Assembly (NCBI GenBank): GCA_051362555.1
Contig: CM120641.1
Location: 4,216,001-4,280,000 of the forward strand
Origin: Lingula anatina
Lineage: Eukaryota; Animalia; Brachiopoda
DNA: 64,000 nucleotides
Direction: 5' to 3'
The notes beneath the pieces are model-generated. The model made no database searches and was not told the origin of the DNA. It was given only the letters and a program-made list of their open reading frames with translations. Both the position numbers and the translations under genes were made by a program. This document shows positions 26,601 to 38,784 of this stretch, one piece after another; position 1 is the first letter of the stretch, and every line of letters starts with the position of its first letter.

Positions 26601-29600
26601 ACTGGTAGCCAATAACAAAAACAGCACTGTATGCAATGAAGAAAATTGAGTTAAATCACAATGGGCAAATTCAGTACGAGTGTACTAGTACCACTCGGTG
26701 TGAAAGGGGGCCTTATTAACAGTGAATTGATATAGAGCATTAGAAGTACCTCAATAACTGGTACGGCATTATCTTATTGCTGTATGCCACAAAGTTTGTA
26801 AAATGATGGGCAAATTCTTGGAGACCCATGGCAGTTTCCTGGAAAGAAGTCAATTCAACATTTAAAACTGTACGTCTCAATTACGTACTCAATATCCAGT
26901 TTATCAATGTAGGAATTTTTATACATTATTATATGTTACTTGCCTTTTTTCTTAAAGACTTCTTTTCATTAATCAATCTCAGAACATGGAAAATCTCATC
27001 ACACCAATCTGTCACTAATGGTCCAAACTGGCAGAAGATAGACTTAAAGTCTTCAACTGAGAACTTTTCAAATGTAATCTCATCATTTTTTATTTGATGG
27101 TCAACTGCTTGATGACTCTTGAAGTTTTTGACTTGAGAAATTTCAGAAAATGTGCAATAAATTTGTTGCTGATGGTCAAAATAGTCAAGGAGGCAGAGTG
27201 AACTTTTTTAACTGTAAACATTATATATGTAGTTTTACCAGAGTTGTCAGGGCATCCTCTTTCAAGCTGTTGTAAAAAGCACTAAATGATTGCTCCACTG
27301 GCCTCAAATATTGCATGTTTTCATGTAGATACTGGCAAAACTAAAAGACAATAGATAAAACATGATGAGCATAAAGTTAAAGCTTTTTGCCACATTTTAG
27401 CTTTGGGTTATAATCACATAAGGAGAGTGGAGAACATCTGTTTATAATCAGACCTATTATAACATGCTTTATTGATATGGCTTTATAAAATATTCTTTCC
27501 TACATGTACATACTTTGAACACACTTGTAAGCTATAATTCTGTAATTGTATTACAATCTATATGTCCATGCTGAAGTTCAAATATGGCCATTCATCAAAT
27601 TTTCAATCTAGTGTTTATAATGCAACAATGATTATGAATGAACACACACACCTTTTTGTTGACCTCACTGTATGGTTCAATCTGGCCATCTGCAGGGTAA
27701 ATCTTAGTCCTCTGCTCCACATAAGTGTAATAGTTGGCTAAACCTTGCACTAGGTCTTGGACTAAATTGGTGGCTTGACCACAAAGTTCTTTAGCTTTTA
27801 GTTGATGTTTTCTGTCATGTGTTGGTACATTTAAAGCATTCAAATCTCGAAATTCTGGAAGTGGAAAGAAAAAATATTATCCTCTTGTTTAAAGCACTTT
27901 TAAATTTTATCTTTAGTTTGAATGGATAACTATGCAAAAAAAGCATTATATTTTGTAAAGATTTAAAGTGAGCCAAATTTTCTATTTTTTCTTTAAACTT
28001 CTTTAGTTTTTAGCTGGTGTTTTCTTTCATGTGTTGGTACATTTAAAGCATTAAAATCTTGAAATTCTGGAAGTGGAAAGAAAAAATATTATTATCAAGT
28101 ATAAAGCATTTTTGAATCTAATCTTTAAAATTTGAATAATAAACTTTGCAAAATATACATTAGATTTTGTAAACATTTAAACTGAGACAAACATTCTAAC
28201 CATTTTTTCTTTCAACTTACTTGTATCATTAAAAGGTAGTTTATCCCTGATTGTTTTAGTTGCTTGGGTCAATTTACTTGTCAGGTCTGTCTGTATCATC
28301 TTGAGTTGCTGCTCCCTACAAAATAATGAATAAAAATGGAATACAAAAGGAAAAATCAACAAATTGTTACCAGTCCTACTATTTGTAAATGCATTAAATG
28401 ATATATTTGTTGTAAAAATCACTAGAAAAGTTAACCAAAAGAGAAGCTTTACAATGAGAGTTGGCATACATGCAAGAGAGTGTGTGTGTACATGCACATG
28501 TGTGATAACCCGTGTGTGTTTGCGGTTGTTGCCTCCCTTACGCTGTTTGAGCTCTCAGTTTGGCTTCCTTTGAAAGTTTCTCCTGTTCATGAAGCTTTAT
28601 TTCTAACATGGCCTTCTCATTCTGCAGTTTCTCCAGCTGCACCTTGCTGTTCTGCTGCGTGGTCTGAAGCACCTGTTGATGTTGAGCAGACTCCTGTTCA
28701 AGCATGGTCAGCCTGTCCTGCAAGTCTGCCACCTTCTGCTTATATTCAAGGTCGGAGTTATAAACCTGGTGGATCAAATACCATATTGCCAGTTCAGGAT
28801 TGAAAGGATAAAAGCCCTGGCTGCATTAAAAGTGTAAATAATATTTAGCATATACTATTATATTACAGGGCAACCATCTTTACTTGCCCTTCATTGTCAC
28901 TTCAGTGATGTGTATGTATGCAATAAAGGTTCATCCTCTACCATTGCAAAAGTTCAAACTTTTCTACTTCTACACAATTTGAAAGCTATATACTTTTTTT
29001 TGTCCAACACTTTTAACTTTCTGTTTGAACTGTGACTTCATCTACCGCACAGTATAAATTTTATCAGACTGTTCTTTCTCTGTTATTTCACCAACAAATG
29101 CAATACATATCACACAACACCTGGACATATTACCTAACAGACAAATGCTAAAAAAAAATACTTTCAAATTCACATCTACAAAATTTAAATTGCAAAAACA
29201 TAAGATTGCCAAATGTAATTTGTCAAAAATATAACCAAAATGTATGACAAGTAGCTTGAAGCAGCTTATTAATATAGCAATAAGAACCATGCTGTTAATG
29301 AACCCAAACTAATGTTTCCAATGGATTTCACTTTCAAAGAAACCTATGCATGTTTACACAGGTTTACTATAAGGTCTACTTGGTAAAAATTGAGGTGCAC
29401 ACTGGACCCTTAGGGCTCTGTTTCACTATAGACTAAAAGTCTTAATTAATACCTGTTTGTGTAGTCTTTCATTTTCCTCTATTTTCTGTTTGAGTTCCTC
29501 CCCTATTGCACTACTTCTTGGACTTGTCGACAAAGACACATCATTGTGCTTGTTCTAAAATAAATAACATATTTGTTTTTTATTTCAAATGCATGTAAGG

Positions 29601-30991
29601 TTTCTGTAAATGGTGTGGTGGTACCTTCAAGCTGTGGTGCTACCCCTTTGTGCATTGTTTCCTTTAATTCCAATTAACGTTTTTTCTTTTTTTTTTTAAA
29701 TACAGTCATATGATTTGGGGGGATGTCTAAAAATTCTAAATTACAATTTAAGATAAAATGTTTAAATCAACCCACTGGCCTGTGCTTGTAGCATTAAATT
29801 TTTACTGGCCTAATATATGCCATATTCTGAAGTTATGTAAAAAAAAAAAAAACTAACTTGATTAAAAGGTCAACTTGTTGGTTTTTCCTTTTTGAAATGT
29901 GGAACAAAAGTTTTAGTAATATTCTTTACTGTTGTTTCTATTAGCAGCAGTAATGAACACAAGTTTGGTCAAAATTTTTGCCTGTAAATAATTGTCTAAG
30001 TAGTAAATTTTGAGCTGGGCCAATTACACTTTAGATAAACTGGCAATAATTGAATGGAAATGTTTAAAACACTATAAAATATGCCTTTATTGCAGCCTCA
30101 GAATGTATAAGATAAAAAAAATAAAAACTACACTGTACATAAGTGATTCTCACTTTTGATTTCTTGTCCTTTGCCTCTGCATCCACCAATTCACTCTGTA
30201 AAATCTCTACACGCTTTGTCAGTTGCTGGTTACGAAAGACAAGGCTGTCAATTTCTTGTTCAAATTTGCGAATGCTTTGTTCTTTCTCTTTGATTGCTTC
30301 CTAAAAACACAATCATATTAATTACATAATTATTATGGAGACTGTCTTATATACATAAAGTAGTGTTTTTATATCCTTATTTATCACAAACTTTGTTCAA
30401 CCAAAATCACTAAAAATATACTTTCCTAGAAGGCTTATTTAGTACTAGTAATGAACCACAAATAAAAGATAAAGATATTTAGTAATAAAATGGCACCAAA
30501 ACACACAAAATGCCAACCTTAAAATGATTTTCTTTGGTCTGCTCATCTAGCACTGCTTTCTTGAGGACAGGTATTTGGGCCCGCAGCTGGAATATTTTTG
30601 TGGAAAGATTGCAAATTTATAAAATCAATATTACAGCATTTAAAGTAAAAAAATGTTTTTTAAATATCAAATCTGCTTTGATTGGTTTTCTCTCAAATGT
30701 TTTAGTGTACTTGATGGTCCAAATTCTACGGACAGAAGTAACGAAAACACTTAAAATCTTCAGTAAATAAACATCACTTCAGTTTCACTGACCTACACAA
30801 AGCAATACAGTGACTCTGATACCGGTCATATAATTAGAGAAAAATAGTATTTGTCTCTTTAACACCTAAAACATTCAGTCATTATACAAAGGCTGGACAT
30901 CATTAATGAATATCTACAGGAGCACATGTGGATATACCTTAGCGTATTCAGATGCCAGCTTCTGATACTTGGACTGCAAATCCGCTGCCAT
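13978..30991 (-). CDS. PPP1R21: Protein phosphatase 1 regulatory subunit 21 (CCDC128/KLRAQ1, FERRY complex Fy-2), multi-exon
   Basis: ATG at 30991: MAADLQSKYQKLASEYAK|LRAQIPVLKKAVLDEQ (KLRAQ motif across the intron). Later exons give IRKFEQEIDSLVFRNQQLTKRV, KLPFNDT, LNALNVPTHDR, VPYRVAVENRRTLLSSTESRDSL, LEQDKEHWMLESQL, SKAVQVHAECKALHKRL and DELQTTTKNYESQLSTMSDHLAAMNE. Last exon IKKGKTK*, stop at 13978. Confidence 0.95.
14523..15817 (-). mobile_element. Helentron/DINE-like non-autonomous element (HINE-1) with internal repeats
   Basis: Subterminal atgtacagaca (14545-14555) is inverted to tgtctgtacat (15804-15814). Terminal hairpin atgtacagacac-atct-gtgtctgtacat (15787-15814), (GGCATC/GCCATC)n microsatellite at about 15703-15765, and about 3 copies of a 159-bp unit (15230-15700). 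Internal direct duplication about 14617-14835 / 15018-15245. Small cagc-aaa-gctg hairpin at the other end, A/T-rich flanks, no TSD. Confidence 0.75.
16430..17729. repeat. Satellite-like tandem array, 146-bp unit, about 9 copies
   Basis: The marker (t/a)aggtcaaaggtca recurs at 16452, 16597, 16743, 16889, 17035, 17181, 17327, 17473 and 17619. Units differ by only a few substitutions. Confidence 0.97.
17975..18262. mobile_element. TA-flanked MITE (Tc1/mariner-type ends) with five internal palindromic repeats
   Basis: TIR cggaagccgactggtgccatatg / catatggcaccagtcggcttccg, with TA at 17973-17974 and 18263-18264. Perfect palindrome atctcgaaatttcgagat at 18013, 18062, 18109, 18158 and 18208. Confidence 0.85.
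18180..19840. repeat. Direct tandem duplication, about 817-bp unit, two copies
   Basis: About 18180-18996 is repeated at about 18997-19840. The near-identical ORFs at 18187 and 19004 are 817 bp apart. Roughly 8 substitutions by eye plus a microsatellite length difference. Confidence 0.95.
21270..24472. mobile_element. 3.2-kb non-autonomous TIR DNA transposon (TA target, Tc1/mariner-pogo-like ends) in PPP1R21 intron
   Basis: TIR cggtaaagtgccatgaatttcgaac / gttcgaaattcatggcacattaccg, with TA at 21268-21269 and 24473-24474. Repeated subterminal (ca)tgaatttcg motifs at both ends. The interior is CpG-rich unlike the host intron, and no transposase ORF is visible. Confidence 0.85.
22401..22538. 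mobile_element. Small hAT-like MITE nested in the 3.2-kb element
   Basis: Imperfect TIR cacggctttcccg / ctgggaaaagccttg with internal gccgtc/gacggc repeats. No TSD seen. Confidence 0.5.
27790..28175 (-). repeat. About 212-bp tandem duplication spanning a PPP1R21 splice acceptor
   Basis: catgtgttggtacatttaaagcatt.aaatct.gaaattctggaagtggaaagaaaaaatattat is present twice. Exon starts at 27854 (true) and 28066 (copy). Confidence 0.9.
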
Positions 30992-31533
30992 CACTTTCTA
31001 TTTGCGGAAGTGGCGGAAGTAGGTGGACGGAAAACTTGCGCATGCCAAATGTATCCGGATGTGCATGTTCATTGGATCTGTGTTACAGCAGTGGTTCTTT
31101 CTTGTTTGATGCTTGAATTTGAGGGGTGTACTGGCATTCCGTATTGTTTTAATAGTGCAAGGGGTTAGTCCTTAGCTAATCTTGAGGGTATACTTCTCGC
31201 TGAATGTATTAAAGGTATGCATTTTAAAACGAGTTAACGAGTTGCTACCTACAACCAGTGGTGTTACAAATAAATACTACTTAAAGTATTGCCGCAGTAT
31301 TACATACTTGGTTAGCACAGCCAGTACATATCAGAACCGTCAATAGGAGTGCTAACGCATGAATTTTCGTGCTAATGCTTGGTATTTTCCGCATCATTCT
31401 TCAGAAGACTTCTCATGTTATATCATGTAAAATCAAATGTAAGACTTCAAATTTATATTCTGATAAATTATTTTTTATCTCATGACGTTCATTATTCTTA
31501 CATAGGGCACTGGATATATATGTAAGAAGAAGG
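30992..31533. promoter_or_regulatory. Putative bidirectional promoter PPP1R21/TMEM223-like 1
   Basis: Tandem ETS/GABP-type GCGGAAGT motifs (31004-31020) and NRF1-like TGCGCATGC (about 31037) just upstream of the PPP1R21 ATG. Candidate 5'UTR intron from a donor at about 31216 to an acceptor at about 31505. Confidence 0.6.
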
Positions 31534-33331
31534 ATGGCAGCCTTTCTGGCAAAGAGCCTTTCTCAAAGATGCTCTCTAGTTCTGCAAAGAGAGAAATTAT
31601 TGCATTGTTATCATTTCTGTGTGACCAGAAGCAGCAGTGCCTGGCAAAAGACATTGCCAGAATCATTTTCAAAACAGAAATTTGATTCATGTACTATAAG
31701 AAGACATGTCTCACAGCAAGGTAGAAGGAAAAGAATGTCAGAATATGATAGGCCTACCTTTAAAGTGGAAAATGATGCACTTCTATACACGAGTGATCCT
31801 AGCACAAAAAGACTCTCCAGGGGAGCAACATTAGCTTTTGCAGTGGGAGCATTGTCATTTTTTGATCTGGCTTATGGTTTATTATATCCAGTGAATCATC
31901 CAGATGATTTCAAGGAAGTTGAAATAAAGGATACTTTTTTAAATAGAACAGCAAAGAAAGTAGCAAAGTATGAAAAATATCTAGTAGGCATATTCATTGC
32001 ATGTGGTAAGTATGTCAGATGTTTATCTAGTTTTTGCCTTAAAAATATGATAAACATCCTTTAAAAGTATAAAATGCACATTTAACCTGCTGTAGTAAGT
32101 AATGAATTTTCATTATAAATCAGTAATTTTTAACTTTAATACTAAGGTACTGGTATACCTGTCCAAAACCATAGCTATAGTGGAGTTTTTAAGAAAATAA
32201 TATTTTGCTTATTAAAGATCTAACACTCATTTTGTGACTTCAAGTTGTGAAAGGGGTTTTATTCAAAATGAAGGGATACAGCCTTATGTAATAGAACTTT
32301 GTACTGGTGAAGTATGTATCGGCCAAGCTCTTTAATTGTACTGCAACTAAACAGATTGATTCGTAAGATGTTACCTAGTTTTAAATGAAGTTGCCAGGTA
32401 ATGAAAATTATTCATTTAATTACATTGGGGGCCAATGTTTGTCATCAGAATGGAATGTTGTCTCTGGTTAACATACTAGAGAGCATTGTATAAATATCAT
32501 TGATAAAAAATTCACTTCATTACTTGCATGTCATCTTATGGGTGATGTCATAATTGCAATTTCCGGGTAAAAACTGAAAAATCATTTTCTCAAATTTTTG
32601 TGTTACCTGAGCACCCACGATCACCATTTTAACATAGGTTTAATGACACCATTTAGTACTCCAAAACCCAGTATAAACCAGTATATTAAGCAAGTATGAG
32701 CAGTATATTAAGCAAGACTTTTTTTTTCAGGGTTCATTTGTTCCATAGTTTCCTTCAATCTCTCCCGGAAGGTTGTACACATGATAATACTAAAGAGTGG
32801 AGGAGAATACGTAGAACTATATACATCCACATTATTTGGAAGACTCAGGTAAATAATTTGCACTGAAGGGGCTCTCAATTTCAATGTTCATATTTATAGA
32901 TAGTAAATTTTCATTTTTATTTAAAAGTATTTTATAGGACTTAAAATACTTTAAAATCTGTAAGGAATTTATAATAATGAAGATATCCTCATTAAATGGA
33001 ATGCATCTTTTTTGTTGCCTGTCATATAAGAAATACAATTTTAATCTAAATCACTCCCAATTACATATCTGACTTGTATTTCTGTTGCAAAACGTGCCCC
33101 ATCCTGTTGATATGTAAATTCCCTCCGTAAGCATTTAAAAGTTTATTTCCTTGTTTCAGGAAAACTGAGATACTACTAGAAAACATGGCTGGCGTAAAAC
33201 ACAGAGTCGGCAGTGGTAGACTGTTAAGATTACGAGTCAGAGGCCGGAGATACCCTGTTTATATGTTAGATGGGAAATACCATGAACCTGAGCTGTTTGA
33301 TAATCTTGTCAATGTTCACAGACTTTTTTGA
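31534..33331 (+). CDS. TMEM223: TMEM223-like mitochondrial inner-membrane protein, paralogue 1 (253 aa, 3 coding exons)
   Basis: Exons 31534-32005, 32731-32848 and 33160-33331 (762 nt, in frame). Basic presequence-like N-terminus, VENDALLY, two hydrophobic segments, then RKVVHMIILKSGGEYVELYT...LRVRGRRYPVYMLDGKYHEPELFDNLVNVHRLF*, resembling the TMEM223 C-terminus. Confidence 0.78.
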
Positions 33332-34776
33332 GCCAACATTGGGCTTTTTTGAGATGTGCTTACCCTTTTTTTTTTTTTTTTACAGAAAACACTACTGAGT
33401 TGCTTATTTGATAGAAATCCCAACATATCAATAAAAACATTGAACAAGTTTCCTTTCCATATACCTCTGGAGTAACAAACAGATAATATTTATACTCTGT
33501 TGCTGTTGTAGGTATGGGCTTATATTTTCTTTAAAATGTGTAATAAAGTATTTGAAACATGTTTTTTATTTATTACATCTACAAAGAAGCGTACAATATT
33601 ATTAGAAATACGTAACAGGCTGTATGAATGTTTAAACATGTGCTCTCTGGTCAATATCAAGAAATTAATTGTACAGACTGTTTCATCTCCAAGAACCAAT
33701 TTTTTGATATCCAGTATTTAATACATAACCTCAATTTTAATACCTTACAACATTAAACAATAAAATCTCTAATATTATGCTTAATCATTATCATTAATCA
33801 TTTTCGGACTTGCATAACTCACTAGATGGCAGAACCTGTAAAGTTTGTATGACTGAAGGGGGAGGTATTTTTGGTGTTTAAGTTTTTTAATCTGAGGTCT
33901 TTTAATTCAGATGATTAGAAATAAATCAGAATTTATAAGAAAACTATTGCAAAAAATTCAAAATTTTCAAACATTTTTCAATGTAACAAGGGGGTGAGAG
34001 GATGGTAAAAAGAATCCTATGTTGTAGAGTCTACATGCTCTTGCATGTAGTCACAATTTCCACATCCTATGGGTAAAGCCTGTTAATCAGTTTGTTCATG
34101 TCCATATTCTTCTCAGTTTGAGAAGTCAAATAAACCATTCAGTTGTGAGATATTCATAATCTGTAGTAGTTGCACGATTTTCTTGCATGTAGATCTGGCT
34201 TTAATATGTTATGATTGCATAAGGGATTGAATCCATGTTTCTTTTGCTATGCCCAAGTGACTAAAGAGAAAATTATTATTAAAATAATTAAAATAAAAAT
34301 CTAAAGTTTGTAGGTCTTGTCACCTTAGACAATCTCTTTTAGGTAGAGTCAATTTGATTTTCTTTTTCATAATTTTTGTACTGATAATAGTTTATAGTTT
34401 ATTTCACTGTAACATATGCATCCACTTGTGTGGATGAAAATGACAATATGAATACAATTTTTGTGAATATGCTATTATGGGCCATTCCGTGGTATTTGTG
34501 TCCTGGGCATAAAATTTTCAAATGTACAAAAATCAATCAAAAGTTGCATTTTCTGAAAGAAGAGACTTCAGGGGATAAGAATTTGTAAAAGATTTATCTG
34601 TATTTTTTGAATTCATGATTTTATAGCGCGTTAAACTTGAAAAATGTGAAAATTAGCATTACGGACGGAATTTTTTATTTTTTGCATATAACACTCAAAA
34701 TAAATTTTAATCAATATCTTTCAATTGAGACATAAATTACATCAATTCCTTGAGGTAAACACGTAAAAAATCAAGT

Positions 34777-34813
<37 letters not shown>

Positions 34814-35919
34814 TGATATGTATCATGTTTTATTATACCGTTAATGGGAGTAAAAAGCAAATAAGCCAGGAAAACGGTCTCTTGTGTTGTAGCGACCCCT
34901 GTAGGTATGACACAAGCACATACGGGTTCTTTTATGATGGCTGCCTCCACGGACATACCACTTATTATTATTTAAAGACAACAGTTGCGATAATCTAGGT
35001 TAAAAGAAGCTTGTTCGACAGTATTTTATTCGTTGTTGTTTATTACTGAGTACCTGGTCGTTAATGAGTCAAAAAGGAAAAGGTAAATTTTAATGTCATA
35101 GCGGACTCGTGTATATCAGGAAAAAAATTAGAATGCGCCAGATATAAACAGTTCTAAAAATGTTCTATACATTCACAAAGTATTAAAATTTAAGCGAAGA
35201 GGACTTTTATGTAGGTTGTTAAATGAGGAACCTCAGTGGTCGCTGGTCACCGGCGGGCCAGTGCTGCTGCAGGACATGATTGACTGTGGCACCTCTAGAG
35301 CATTATAATATACCTATCTGCTGGAGTAGAATCATTGATATAATATTATTTTTGTGAACCTAAAACTTTAAGTAAAACGAGCTGTGAAAAGGGGGTGTGG
35401 TGGGGTGAGTGGACGTTTTGGTCATGGCTCAAGTAAGTGGGCTCACGTTTGAATTAGTGGTTTTTAAATGGGTTTATATTTTTAATAGTATATTTTTATT
35501 AATGCTTTTGTATCATTAACACATTCAATTTACCTATGGAAGCTCCACAGGAAAAAATCAGATAAGTCAGGTATTTGGGTTGGAGTAAAACATCAAAAAA
35601 GGATTAAATGTACTGCTGAAAATTGCCATTTCAGACTTACAGTATTTTGCATGACATGTAAAGGTATTAGCACTCTTTAATTGGTGAGAAAGGCTGTATG
35701 TGGAACTTGGAAATTAGTTACTTTATGAAGCCAGCCAATAGCTTGGCATTAATATATGGCAAGTATTTTCATGTAACAGCTTAAGTGGTTCTGTGATTTT
35801 TAAATATAGTAATCTTTATCCATATGTAGACAAAGTGTTCTTTTCATAAATGGCCGTCTTAATTCTTGTCTCTTATTTCTAGTATGCACACCATTCCATT
35901 CTCTCTTTCAGAAATAAGG

Positions 35920-37447
35920 ATGATTACCAGTCAACTCAAACAGGTGACTCTGTCATCAGGGTTCCTCAGTCTAATACGACACTACACCTTGAAGCCTTGC
36001 TGTGGACCTTTGAGCTGGTACAGGGGAACTGCTTCCATCAATACAGAGAAAAAACATTTCAATAATTTTTCTGCAATACAGTCCCAAGCACTGTCACGCA
36101 GACAAGAGAAAGAATCGCCAAAGAAATGTTCACAGCTTCCATGCTTTGATCTGCCATTTAACAAGAGGCCATTGCATATGAAAGGAGTCAGCCCTTTTGT
36201 GAAACATGCTACTTTTACACAGACTAACTTAAGTCACTTGCAATTTGGGAAGAGATCATTACATAGTCAAGAAATAAATCCAAATGTGAAGCACCATACC
36301 TTGATATATGAAGCATGTAAAGACACATTTTACTATATCATATTTTTAAAAGTGTTTTTAGCTGCGGTTGGAGCACATATCCTTTTATTTTACTCCCGTA
36401 TGGATGTTGACAGAGATTCTAATGAAGGGGAGCTTAGTGATAAGCGTGAAGGATGGTACCAGAAACCATGGCTCCATTTAGGGTTGCAGTTGGGTGTGTT
36501 TGGTAAGTATGTGGAAAGCTATGTTTGAATTATCTTGAATAGGAAGACATCTATGAGGACAAGCATTTTATTTATTTTTTAATCATTCTGTACAGTAGAA
36601 AATACTTATAGTAATGTGTAATTAATTCAGAAATAATACTTAAGAGCACCCCTTTGAAGTGCATATCAGCGGTTATACTTGTGTTTCATCCACAGTATAG
36701 ACATAAGAAATGATTCTGGTTTGTTTTAGGGATAATGCTGATTTTAATCATGCCACGAATAAGGTACACAATTTCAGAGATTGTGTTGCTGCCTGGAGGA
36801 CAGGGAGTGGAAATTAAACATTATCGTCTCCTTGGCAGAGCAAGGTAATGTTGAATGGGTTTCAGTACTCTTTGCATTGTCCAGGGATTGAGAATGGTTT
36901 ATATTGCTTCAGTATGTTTGACATGTACTGTGTCAGTTTTTTTTTTTTCAAAGTATTTTACCTCCTCTTCAAACACGCAAGGATGCTCATACATCTGTTA
37001 AGCTTTTTGAAAAAAAACTTTATTTTTCCCTGGTTTCATCATAGCTATTATTTCTCAAAAATATGTCAACACATTTTAGTCATTGATTCTCACTGCAAAG
37101 ATCCTGATACTTAAGGAATGTGAGGGAGAAAATTCATGGGAAATTATTTTTATAAGTTGTTTTTTATGTGATTTAATGTTTTTTTTTTTTTTTTTTTTTT
37201 CTTTTTAATGTTTTTCAGAATGTAATTTGGTCAGTCATTTTATATGTAGAATGAGCGCCTTTTATATTGCAGGAAAATAGAAGTTCCTGTTAAGTACATC
37301 AGCGGATTACAACACAGAGAATCAGAGAGTACAATTCCACTGCAAATATACAAAGAGACATATTGGTTAAGGAAAGGGACTTATCACCATCCCCAGCTAT
37401 ATGACCACCATATAGGCATTCACAGAAAGTTTTCAGAAGAGGACTGA
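35920..37447 (+). CDS. TMEM223-like paralogue 2, divergent (290 aa, 3 coding exons)
   Basis: Exons 35920-36502, 36730-36844 and 37273-37447 (873 nt, in frame), with the same intron positions and phases as paralogue 1. VKHHTLIY, two hydrophobic segments, ISEIVLLPGGQGVEIKHY...GTYHHPQLYDHHIGIHRKF. Confidence 0.72.
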
Positions 37448-37493
37448 TTATGGGACCATTCCCACAGATATGTGGATCAATCTATCTCCCTGG

Positions 37494-37613
37494 GGAGTCC
37501 ACTAAATTGCTATCAACTTATCCCCTCAGTAAGGACAATTACCCCCTAACAGCTTTACTAGGCGTGACAGACATTTAAACAGAGTAAGTTGATAGCAATT
37601 TAGTGAGACTCCC
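37494..37613. mobile_element. Small palindromic MITE
   Basis: gggagtccactaaattgctatcaactta is inverted to taagttgatagcaatttagtgagactccc. Confidence 0.65.
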
Positions 37614-38184
37614 AGCACCAGTGGGCCTGCTTTGGTCTTAAAGTGCAATTTAAGACTAAAACTAGGCTGAGGCAATCTTAAAGCTTAAGGAGGGACTCTT
37701 AATTTGATCTTAAGAAATCAAAATCAAAAAAGAAAGAAAAATAAAAGAAAGACTTCCTTCAAAACAACACTGAAAGTATGCTGCACTAGTACTTCTACAA
37801 CCAAGTCTTTCCTTGCCAGAAATTATCATAGAAATTATTATCCTAGAAATTATCTGAGGTAGTATCTGAATCACCCTTATCAATTAGGCAATTAGCACTA
37901 ACTTGCCAAGAGACCACCCTTTGCTACTCACACAATGGCCCTCCACTTGATTGCTATCTTCACCTGTCTGGCTGGAAAGCCAGTCCAAGTTTGGACTGGA
38001 TGTGTGAGGGGAGATAATTGCTTTACCACTTCAGACCAATTATAGACTTACTCACTGGACTTTCAGTTTGTTATTAGTCTTAAGATCAAATTAAGAGTCC
38101 CTCCTTAAGCTTTAAGATTGCCTCAGCCTAGTTTTAGTCTTAAATTGCACTTTAAGACCAATTCAGACCCACTAGTGCTGGGAG
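37609..38184. mobile_element. MITE/foldback with about 105-bp TIRs
   Basis: ctcccagcaccagtggg...ttggtcttaaagtgcaatttaagactaaaactaggctgaggcaatcttaaagcttaaggagggactcttaatttgatcttaaga (37609-37715) is the near-perfect inverse of 38078-38184. Confidence 0.85.
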
Positions 38185-38543
38185 GCATGGGAACCCAGTC
38201 TATGATTCTGTGGTTGGTGTCATGATGTAGCTATAGAAGCAATTACTTTAAGTGTCTCTTGTGCAAGTCTTATATTGTTGTTCACATAGTGATACTATTT
38301 GTACTTAAACTTCAGACTACTCCACCTTTACTGCAGTCTGTACCAAGGCATGAGGCATGCAATCTTTGAGAGCTTTGAAGTAATTCAACAGGAACATGTG
38401 GTGTCCTTTATAAATCAACAATTTTATTTCTTCTGTTAAATACAAGACCTGCTGACAAAGTGTACATTTACACAAGTTCTTGTAACGAGAAAAGGTCATA
38501 TTCCTTCCTAAATGGGTAAATCACAAAATTACATTCAAATTAA

Positions 38544-38784
38544 GGCTTTGTTCACATGGAAAATCTATTTTCTAAAAATCTATTTGCAGTATCTTGTGAT
38601 CATGGTGTGTGCCCTGAATACCCCACGGCGTAATTACGGGCAGCGCGAGCCAGTTACTTCCAAAGCTGTAATTAATTCTCGGCGCTGCCAGTAATTACGC
38701 CGCGGGGTATTCAGTGCACAGACCGTGATCACAAGATACTGAAAATAGATTTTTAGAAAATAGATTTTCCATGTGAATGGAGCC
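38544..38784. mobile_element. Almost fully palindromic MITE, PIF/Harbinger-like ends
   Basis: Arms of about 100 bp (ttcacatggaaaatctattttctaaaaatctattt.cagtatcttgtgatca.ggt.tgtgc.ctgaatacccc.cggcgtaattac.ggcagcg and its inverse). Ends GGCT...AGCC are flanked by TAA/TTA. Confidence 0.8.

Noticed and set aside
29046-29079. Possible PPP1R21 cassette micro-exon (ag...gtagat)
   Set aside because: It is 34 nt and frame-shifting with a weak polypyrimidine tract, and the flanking exons already join in frame.
30929-30937. Possible U12-type donor in PPP1R21 intron 1 (gtatatcc)
   Set aside because: It does not match the GTATCCTT consensus, so it is treated as an ordinary GT-AG intron.
34478-35330. Possible DNA transposon starting gggccattcc between the TMEM223-like genes
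   Set aside because: Composition looks repeat-like, but I found no matching second TIR or TSD, so boundaries cannot be supported.
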